DNA of 60,067 bases, the filler included, from Platydemus manokwari (lineage: Eukaryota), in NCBI GenBank assembly GCA_037951405.1. It is 5 parts of 5 records of this genome, joined end to end, with 100 filler letters (N's around TTAATTAATTAA, not from the genome) between each part and the next. Parts side by side here need not be neighbours in the genome. Positions count along the whole stretch, not along the records: positions 40,494 to 50,671 come from JBBMOY011160881.1; positions 50,772 to 60,067 come from JBBMOY011252096.1; 3 more parts are not named here. One strand, written 5' to 3'. Below are positions 50,215 through 60,067 of the stretch, in pieces. Within the stretch, counting starts at the first letter, position 1, and each line of letters starts with the position of its first letter. Below the pieces are notes generated by a model. That model was not told the origin of the DNA. It saw nothing but the letters and a program-made list of their open reading frames with translations, and ran no database searches. Both the position numbers and the translations under genes were made by a program.

Positions 50215-50671
50215 TATTAACTCAAATAAAATACAATGGTATAAAAATATTCAAAATGGCACAATATTATTTAAAATAGTTAAAAAATTGATATTTAAAC
50301 AAAGTTATTTTCACTATTGAAATAACGACAAAATATGAAAATAATCGTAAGTTAGAAAACATTAATCTTAAAAAAATTTATCCAAAAAAATGAACAACTA
50401 TCTTTCTTAATAACTTACAATTTTATTTTTAGAACTTTCTAAATTAAAGCTCCATTATTAATTTCTAATAAAATTCCTAAAATTTAATGTATTCAGAACG
50501 ATTTTACCGAAAGTCATGTTTTCACTTATAATCAATTCAATTTATTAAATAAGACAAAAAATGCTTTTAGTTTTTTAGTTTTATTTAGAATATGTAATAT
50601 TAGGCTGAGTCAAAAGTTATTCATGTTTTTTAGTTGTTTAAAGTTTTTGTTTTACCAAATCATTTAAACAT

Positions 50672-50771
50672 NNNNNNNNNNNNNNNNNNNNNNNNNNNNN
50701 NNNNNNNNNNNNNNNTTAATTAATTAANNNNNNNNNNNNNNNNNNNNNNNNNNNNNNNNNNNNNNNNNNNN
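50672..50771. other. Artificial contig spacer
   Basis: 44 N + TTAATTAATTAA + 44 N. Confidence 0.97.
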
Positions 50772-51840
50772 ACTTCAAATACATAACAATTTACTGATTT
50801 ATAATTATTATAATAATTATTTTTATTATGTTTATAACTATCATAAAACCGATGATATTCAGAGTGAGCGATTTACCAACAGAACCTTTCTGTTGTATTT
50901 TCTATACAAGTAGTAGGCTCAATTTTTACATAATTTCAGTGTTTATTTCCCAAAGCCATTGGTACGACTTATCAGATTAGTACAGATAACAATAATAATA
51001 ATAATAATAGTAATAATAGTATTAATGAAGATGTAAAATTTAGAGAAAAAGTAAACGAAATAACAAAAGTACATTTATCGATCCTATTTCGCGTGTCCAA
51101 AAGTCTCTTGAGTGTCTCAGTATATGAAAACATACAGGACTGAAGAAATTTTGGAAAACGGCTATTCGTTCCTATATCAGTTAAAAATAATTTATCCAGT
51201 AATAATTCAAGCAATTCAAAATCCTGGATCATTGAATTGCTAAAAGCATCGGATGAATTCAAAAATCTTGACAAGAATAAATTATGAGGCGTTTTTGCTG
51301 TTAGAAATGAGCTCGATATTCCAACTGAAATGCTCAGAAACAAGTTCAGAGCAGATTAAAAATTGAACTACAATTGATAATATTATTAATTTATAAGAAA
51401 TATAAATATAAATGTGAACTTGCCAGTGTTGAGAGAACCTGGAAGTGAACTTAGACAAAAGCTTTAAAAACCATCAGTAGAAGTGTAATAAACTCCAATA
51501 ATCCAAGAAAACTCTGAAAAATCCATCTTATTGAGTTAGATGAAATCTTACAAAAGACAAACAGATTTGCACGTTGGAACTATCGTTTAAGCACTTTAAG
51601 CATTTGCAGGCCTGCACAACCATGCAGGTATGACCATCAAACAATCATAGTTGATTTAGATAGAAAACGACCAATGGGAAAAGGGACATAGGCGTATAAC
51701 AACACACAAATAAGCATTGACCAATCCCACACTACAAAAATCAATAAACTCCACAGCAACATGAGTAAGTACAGATCAAATCAATATGTGATATAAAAAT
51801 GACACAAATATTACACAAAGATCTCGAGTATAAATACCGA

Positions 51841-52070
51841 TGTAAAGATGGTCAACTGCCAATTGGTAGCCAAGTTTTGGTTACATTTTTTGAGACATTG
51901 TATCGAGTTTTAGAGACATACTGAGTAGTACATGTGCCAGTTGAAAACTAAGTTTTGATTGTGTTTTTGTGTCACTTTGTGAGGCATACTGATTAGTTGG
52001 TGAATTAGAAATAAAGCTTGCAACCTTCGATTTTTCGAGTCAGCAGTTATTTGGTTATTCAGAATTGGGA
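51841..52070 (+). mobile_element. Degenerate gypsy-type LTR with PBS
   Basis: Starts tgtaaag, has AATAAA near 52009, followed by tggttattcagaattggga resembling the tRNA-Leu PBS TGGTGTCAGAAGTGGGA. Confidence 0.45.
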
Positions 52071-53215
52071 CCCAAACATTATCAATGCCACTGATTATAT
52101 TTTACATTTACAATTATATATAAACATGATTACACCTGTTAATTGTAAGGACATGTAATATTCAGACTGTTATTGAGGTGACAACAAATAATCACTGCAG
52201 AATTTGTTGAGGAGATACAAAAATAATTATATCAAATATATATTTATTTAAACAAAATATTAATAAAACGATCGTCGACAATAACCAGTGAAATGAGGGG
52301 ATAATTGAAATTTCCAAAAATTGTTCCAATTCAAAATAAAGAAATATATTTCTAAACGAACTGAGAAGTTTGAGCAAAAATTGTAGCGGACTTGATAATA
52401 TAAAAGGTTATGGGTTTAAAGATAGTATTATTGTTTATTTGAGAACATATGCTAATCGATATCTACGTGCAAAATGCATAATTATTAAGTGGATCTTTCA
52501 ACAGTTCATTATAAAAATAAACACTTAATATAGTATGAAAATTCAGTGACAATGTTATCAGTAACTTAATGATTATATCAAGAATAATATTTTTGTGAGA
52601 TTTACACGTGACAAACTCATCTACTGGATTTAATCATAACAGTAAATTAAATTTGTCTCCTTTATCCAGTTCAATTTATTGATTGAAAATTAACAGGAAA
52701 CCCCACACTAGTTTAAAAAGGGCTAATATATTAAAGGATTTTTTGCAACATCGATATGATTCTGGTATTGCATTATCATGTGTTACACTGGGGTATCATC
52801 ATTAATTAATTATAATTGCTCATAAATATTTACTCTAATTGTATCTCATTCTCATCTCATTTGGAAATAAGTGAAGTCGATATAATGATATTAACATTGA
52901 TTAAGGTAGTAAAAATAATACTAATAACTCCTGTTCTTTCAACATCATTTAATATAATGATTGAAATATTTATTGAACAATTTAGCCAGAACATAAACTA
53001 TAAAAATACTTACAAATCATAGAAATCGTGAGCCTATAGTCAAACGCATCAGATATACACAATAGACAGTATTTCTATTGGATCAGTAAGAGATAAAATA
53101 AACAATCTATAAAATCAGTTATCAGTGCTGATATAAACACCGTGAGTAGGCCAAATTGAAACTAGTAGGTTTATAATCTCTTTTTGACCTTTTCATCTAT
53201 CATACGGGTTCATTG

Positions 53216-54291
53216 ATGGAGGACCTGGATCAATTCAATGAAGATTGTATTTATTCTCACAACGTGTAAATTATGCCTCCCACTTGTTCAGGTTTTAATT
53301 TCAAATAATTCAGATTGAGAAAAGCACACAAAGTTCCGGCTTTAATTTACAATAAAAGTCTTGCGATTGAAGCTGAAAAATACGCCAATGTAATTGCAGC
53401 GAAAAAGTCCTTACATCATAGCAAAATTGAAGATCGGATAAATATCGGAGAAAATCTGTCACACAGCTCTAAAGAATTCCTCAATTACATATATTCCGGT
53501 GAATTATTTTTGTCAATCATTATTTTTATTGATAATCGTATTATACATTCAGGGTTAGCCGTCAGTGTGCAGTGGTATGCAGAGATTTATGATTATGACT
53601 TTTCTTTAGAGGAACAGACAACTAATAGATCGACAAGTAAATCATTATAACAAGCTAGTTATGGAATACATTTTCTTATCAGATCACTTCAGTCAAGTCA
53701 TCTGGAAAGAAACAACAGAAGCCGGTTTTGGTCGAGCAAAAAGTCTCATTGGTAATTCTTGGTATGTTGTTGGAAGATATTATCCAGCTGGGAACATCAA
53801 AGGACAATTCCAAAAGAATGTTCCTCCATTGCCTAGTGGTTGTAAGATGATAATTGTATTGAATAAGCATTAAATCCATCTTACAAAAGTAAATTGGGAT
53901 TCCATATCAGTAGTCCAAGATTACTTGGCCGAGCTTAGGACATGGGAATACACTGGTGGCAGAAAACATATATTGGATTCTTATTCTGTCTGCGTTACAA
54001 GAGCCAAAGACAATCAAGGATATCTCGTGAAAGAGAGTTTTAAGCCACCAGACGAAGAAATTTATCATGTGTCGCAAATATTCAAAAGCGATGTTACTAC
54101 AGAGGTAAAATTGATTTTCGAAAGATTATATTTCGCTTATAAAAGTATTTAATAAATAATAACGACGATATTATTATTTATATTTGCCACAGCCCCGGCC
54201 GATTTATGTCAATGAGAACAGGCTTATAAAGTCAGATGATGAAAACAGTGATGTTACCGACGTTATTGATGATGGAAATCGTGGCGGTTAG
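53216..54291 (+). CDS. CAP/SCP domain protein, GAPR-1/GLIPR2-like (no signal peptide; group-2 VAL-like), about 6 exons
   Basis: Spliced HNVLRKAHKVPAL, GENL, QWYAEIYDYDF, HFSQVIWK, YVVGRYYPAGN motifs. Short GT-AG introns. A C-terminal extension ends at tag 54289-54291. The 5' end may include an upstream exon. Confidence 0.88.
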
Positions 54292-56756
54292 ATTTTATTG
54301 ACTAAATATTTTTATATCGAACAATCTCTCCGTTATATTTTTGATAAGTTATCTTGGAAACTAATCCAGAATAAAATAAAGTAGAAAAACGTTTATTTAT
54401 ACTCGAATATAATTTGGCGTGTGATTTATCCAATGGAATTTGTGATTCTCTCTGAACACAATTACAGTGCAATGATGCAAGATGATCATTTGAGTGAAGC
54501 GAGAAGATAATTCCATACAAGTTCCATATCATTGAATTAATTGCCTAAAATAGCGGCTTGAAAAATTTGTAATTTTTAATGAGATGATCTCCATTTATTC
54601 CGCTTATTGAAAGCCAATAAACGGCAAGAAAAAATCATTAGAAAATATTTGTTCATAATACCAGTAAGTGACTTTTAAAGTACACATTAAGGATTTAAAA
54701 GCTGGAAGTTTGTTTATTATTTCCTAAAAATGCATTCCATTAAGAAAATCAAACGAAGTGAAATTCTAAGAGAATAATTTTCAAATATCATTTAAGATTT
54801 CCCCCTAAAGCTATTTCTCCAAGAGAAATTATTGACAGAAAACTATTCACCAATTCGGTGTTGTTTGATTGATATTCTATGCATAAATCAACAAAACCGC
54901 CAGAAAGCAATCAATAAACACAAAATAACAAATTAAAGAATCAATTGAAAACATATGTTTATCAAAGTACCACGTTATTGGCTGCCATTCTGCTATAACA
55001 TTGCCAATAGATGTGGTGATGAACAAGCACACAGTGTTTATGATGTTAAAACATTTATAATATGTAGATTTTGAAATCAGTAGAGATAAAACAATAAGTA
55101 GAAAATCAATACATGATCAAACAATGAAATCAATAAAGTCATTTACCCCACGTGTTTATCATGAAAAATTAGACTGATATAGAATAATTGACACAACAAA
55201 TGTGGCAAATTTTAACTCTTCAAAATTTTAAGGAGCAGAAGACAGAAAGAACACTTTTGTTTATTGTGGAAAATATTTCTGTATGCTCAATGATTTGGGT
55301 TGGAAATAGACTATCATCGAAATTGTTCCCAATAATCATATGACTATTAAACATTTAATTATAACGTATCGATTAATTTCTCAGTTATGATGTAAAAAAT
55401 AAACAAATACATGGTGGGCCAGAAGTTAGGGGGTAATGACACATAAATTATTCAATCACTAATTTTGTGCCCTAATAATAATAAAGCACGTGCCAATAAG
55501 GTCAGGAGCAGATTCTCGGTCGGTTTTTGCAACTTGGTATTCGGACGTGATCCGACTTTTATTGACGAATCTATTTAAGGGCTCGGCTCTTGTGTTAAAT
55601 AACTTTGCACAATAAGCTTACATAGTGTTATAATCAATAAATCTTAGTGGTCAACTTATTTATCTTTCGGAGTCAGATTAATAAGTTTACGAGTTTTGTT
55701 GTGCTCTACATCAGGCAGACCCAGCGTCGTTCTTATAAAAATATAATATTTACTTCTTTGAAATTGTTGGGACAATTTATCGATTTCTAAATCGATTCTG
55801 ATAAATATTCATAATAAGTGTTTGTAGAGATATAAAATCCATATAATCAATATTCTATTCGTTAGATATTATCATCGAAATAAGCAATCATGAAGATGAA
55901 ACGAGAAATATTGTTAAATGCATCGTGGAACGACATAATCTCTACAGGAGGAACTATGGGGTTGAACCATTGGCATTAGACATAGTAAGTCAGTATGATT
56001 GTTAGATTTCTCTAAAAATCAATCTATTGAATCAGATCTTATTCCAGATCACAAATTATAACCTAAAATATTTCTCGATATCTAATAGATGTACCTTCAA
56101 ATTTTAACAGAACACTGGAAAAAGATGAAGAATATGCTTCCAAATTTGACAGGTGTAGATTTGTGTGTGAACTTCATTGTAACAGTTGAATGGTTGTGCA
56201 CAACAACAGCAATATTTGAGTTACTAATTTACAAACTCTATTGAGAGTGGTTGCCATGGTTTTATATTTTTCTATCTGTTGAATTCATTAATGTTTCATA
56301 CAATTGTCTCATTGAACGCCACTAAAGGCTGCCAAAGATGAATCATTATAATTGCTAATAGCTTTTCCTTTAAATAGATTCTCGAAAAATTAATCTAATC
56401 TAATGTCATCGCCAGAATAATATGATTAACAATAATAGTGTATTGATTATCTATAATTGTCAATGATCAATACTAAATTAGAATTGCTTACCACTGAAAC
56501 AAATGGCCATGTGGTATGTTTTGAGATGAGGAATATAATATGAAAGGATTTTGGGGTGATTTTTACTTTCTCATTTGAAATAACATTTTACATTTACTGT
56601 TCCCATTGAAATGCCTAATAATTATTCTCAGATCCAAAGAGTTCATCAAAATAATCACAAATACATTCATCTTGATTTATATTTCATTAATTACAATAAA
56701 TTATCGATTGATTACTAGTGATTTTTAATTTTTTTCGTAAAACCCATTGTCTAAAT

Positions 56757-57280
56757 CAGAGGACTTAACACTTTTTGTGTTGCGACCCACTTTACAAGTC
56801 CAAATTTTTTCGCGACTCACATGAAATAAAATAAAAATAATAAAGTATAATACATTTTTATTTCAACACCAAAAATTGAAAATATATTTAATAATAATAA
56901 CGATTTTGTATATTCTGGCATAAATCATCAAATCTTGGCTCTATTTCGGTGATAGCTGTTATTAGTACTAATTCCAGATCTTTAAAATTCGATTGATATT
57001 TTGTCATAATATAAGTCAGTGTCGAAAATGATTTTCACACAAATAAGTAGAGGCAAAAGGAAGAAGAGAAAGTAAGGCTAGTTCCGATAATAGTGGATAT
57101 TTTGTTTTCAATAAAATAAAAGAATAATCGTATTAAATACTATTTAAAATTATACTTCTCATATTTAAAGAATATTTTCTTACGATAACTTTACTATAAC
57201 TTTGAAATTTCAAGCGACTCCCAAAAATCTTTTCGTGACCCACTGATGGGTCGCGCCTCCCCCCTTTTTGAAGAACATTG
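56757..57280 (-). mobile_element. Internally deleted Buster-type hAT element with 8-bp TSD
   Basis: Flanks gtctaaat (56749-56756) and gtttaaat (57281-57288). Subterminal gcgaccc repeats. Minus strand LPFASTYLCE../..FSTLTYIMTKYQS..ITEIEPRFDDLC matches the Buster/ZBED5 transposase C-terminus. Confidence 0.88.
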
Positions 57281-58854
57281 GTTTAAATCACTGATGTGAA
57301 TTTTATTTGGGATTATTTCCCCATTTATCTCATCGCATCAACTGACTAACAAACATAATTGACAGATATGATTGATTTATTATGACAAGCATTCAATAGA
57401 TATGCTTAATTGTTATTGTATTCCGTGTAGGAGCTGGGTAAATTTGCTCAACATTGGGCTCAGGTTTTATCCGAAGGTTATTTCATGGGATACAGCAACT
57501 ACGAGTTCAACGATACTCCGATTGGAGAAAATATTGCAATTAAGAACAGTAAATTAACGATTGAGTCATGTTGGTGCTTTATAATTCTTATAATGATATC
57601 TTTTTATAATTGTGATGGCATAAATTATAATTATTTACATTAATAATAATAATTATTATTATTATTGATAAAATCGAAAGTAATAATTAAAGAAATAAAT
57701 AATAATAATAATAAAATCGTAGCAATCGATCGGAATCAAAAGAAAATATAGATTATGACATGCATAATAGTGAAAGTAAATGAAGCCTAATATTAATCAA
57801 ATATAATGAAATATAATTCTTAATGTTTCGATTAATTCACAAATCAAACAAATGAAGAACAAAATCTTTTATCAATTAATAGACGTGTTAAGTTTTGAAC
57901 TACGCAAATTCAATGTGTTCCTTATTTGTATATCATTTTTTCTTATCTTGGTTCGCACTGCTGATAAGTAACGCTTCTGATTATAAAGATGAATTTATTA
58001 TTGTACATTATACTGCAAAAATGATCACATGGACTGCAAAACTCATTCAATAACTGTTAATAGTTTATAACGGTGAGCTCGGTCCAGATATTTCTTAAGA
58101 AATAACCACATAAGAAATTCGTCTAGGTTGCTATAGCAATTAAACAAATTATATCGTACAGTAAATACCAATAAATACGTTACCACCTCTAAATTACACA
58201 AATTGCAAAATACTCTAAATTTAAACATCATTTTTTACTTTATGTCTTCTGCCTGGTTAAATGGCAAATTACTCAGTTTCCCCGCTCGTTAAATACCATT
58301 TTCAAGAGCATCCATTCATCTCTGCAATGCGCTAACCAATCTACTTCCACATTGGTCGCCTTTTAACACTTTATTGAAATTATTTCTAATTTCATATCAA
58401 TTATGCCAAGTTGCCATAGTTACCTCTACCTATTTTTTATAAAATTTTGTTCATTCATAACTATAATATTATTTTATTATTATATCACAATTTTGAATTG
58501 ATATTTCAGCGTTATTTTTACGATTATCTTGAATTATATTTTTATTTCATGTAATGTGTTTATATCCACATTTTATTTTATTTATATCTTTAGTTTTATT
58601 TGTTTCTTATTCCATTGGCCTTTGCTGGGTTAATTTTGTCTTCAATAACGATTGAGCACAGCTTATCAAAAAAGTAAAAAATTTATATAAATTATCAAGT
58701 AAAACCAAAAATTTATAATTAGAAAAAAAATCCTTTTAAGAAATTATCGAAAACCAATTTATTTTCCTTTGGTACACACAACAGGTCAGTACCAGTAATT
58801 AATCTTTAAATCAAAGAAAACAGGTGTTTGTCATTTCAAAAAATAGAAATTTAT

Positions 58855-59037
58855 TTAATTTGTTTCGATAAAATGATTGCAGCAGGCATGAGAATTACCT
58901 GTGATATTGCATCGATAAAGATACGCTTGTATTAAGGGTACAATCATGTTGTAACTCATTTTGTTGAAATCTATGTCACCAGAACATTTAATTAAGAATT
59001 TTAAAAAACTTTCAGGAACTGTGTTCTCATTTAACAA
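58855..59037 (-). pseudogene. Possible Cys-rich C-terminus of a DNA transposase, degenerate
   Basis: VPESFLKFLIKCS...C...C resembles the PxxLLxLIxCxC Cys-rich tail of several DNA transposases, with most Cys lost. Confidence 0.3.
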
Positions 59038-60067
59038 ATCACACTTGGGGTTTGGCCTTGTGTGGTGATTTGAGATTGTGTTCTGTTTGCCGCTTCTATT
59101 TTAAAAAGTACACATTAAAAACGAACTGAAAAGCCAAAACACCATAAAACTATTTCAATACAAATATTTCAACAAATAATTTTATTTTCACACAAATAAG
59201 ACTTTATATTAAATTAGAATTAAAATTTTAATTCATATAAAATATGTCACATGCTCAAACTGTTATTGGTAAATTTTTAAATCAAAAGCAGTCCTCACAG
59301 TGTTTGACCAAGAATAAAAATTGCTATTATTATTAATATTGTTTATGTAAAGAAAAGGGATAAAAGAAACCTGACTAACGATTGATCAGCATAGTTTATA
59401 AATCACGTATGATCCAAGAATAAAATTAAACATTGCTGTAGTTCACAGTTAATGAGGAAGAACATGTAATTATAATGAGAATTTTGATAACAATAATTAA
59501 TACGGCAGAGTAAACACGTAAGTAATCAATAAATAAACCCAATAACGAGAGAGTTATGAACTAAATAGATAATGAGTAATGTAATAAAATTGTCGATGGA
59601 TGAAATGTATTCACCATTATGGATGAAAGAGAAGATATGGCCATTCTAACAAATGATTGGATGAAAGATAATCCAAGAGAAATAATATGAATATTTTTAG
59701 CAAATATATAAATTATTTTAAAAAAAAATTATATAAAATTTTAGAAGTAATAAGTTATTGATAGTAACGAATAGCTAAAGATTGAAACAAGTGAAGTCTT
59801 GAGAAAATATAGAAGGGAAAACAGAAAAATATATTTCTCAATTTCAACAGAAGTTACGAAAATTAAGGAATGATGTCGATTAAAACTAGTATTATGGCGT
59901 GCTGGTATAGTAAGAACTTAAAGTGGAAGTTTTGTTTCGTATAGTATTTGAACGGTGAGTGTATAGAGAGTGACGTATTTTGATAATAATTTAGAATATA
60001 TCTAGACTTCCAATTGTGGTGAACTATTGAGGATAACTTTATAAAGTTGTAACTCTTGGTAAATACT

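Noticed and set aside
50972-51343. 123-aa minus-strand ORF with poly-Leu
   Set aside because: Poly-Leu derives from an (AAT)n microsatellite. The opposite strand looks like decayed gag-like sequence.

Overview
Very AT-rich eukaryotic (animal) genomic DNA with mostly 44-57 nt GT-AG introns. A flatworm or planarian-like host is my inference, not proven. The window is five contigs joined by artificial 100-bp spacers (44 N + TTAATTAATTAA + 44 N), so adjacency across spacers is unreliable. Host genes reconstructed by hand: an intronless RING-finger protein, a 6-exon Treslin/TICRR(Sld3)-like gene that apparently starts directly at the Sld3 core, a C-type lectin + PAN protein, a FET-family (FUS/EWS/TAF15) RNA-binding protein, the S0-S3 exons of a divergent Slo/BK potassium channel, an intronless TSP1-Ig-TM protein, a complete SF3B3 (1217 aa) and a signal-peptide-less CAP/GAPR-1-like protein. 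The most notable accessory element is a decayed Polinton/Maverick (adintovirus-like) endogenous viral segment at about 20.9-23.4 kb, largely missed by the ORF track. It carries a zinc finger + parvovirus-type PLA2 gene, a deleted packaging ATPase and conserved Polinton ORF motifs, next to an AGTAGT...ACTACT hairpin. The remainder is transposon debris (Ty3/gypsy, hAT, Buster, Tc1/mariner, MULE, foldback). All homology calls come from recalled family motifs, not database searches.
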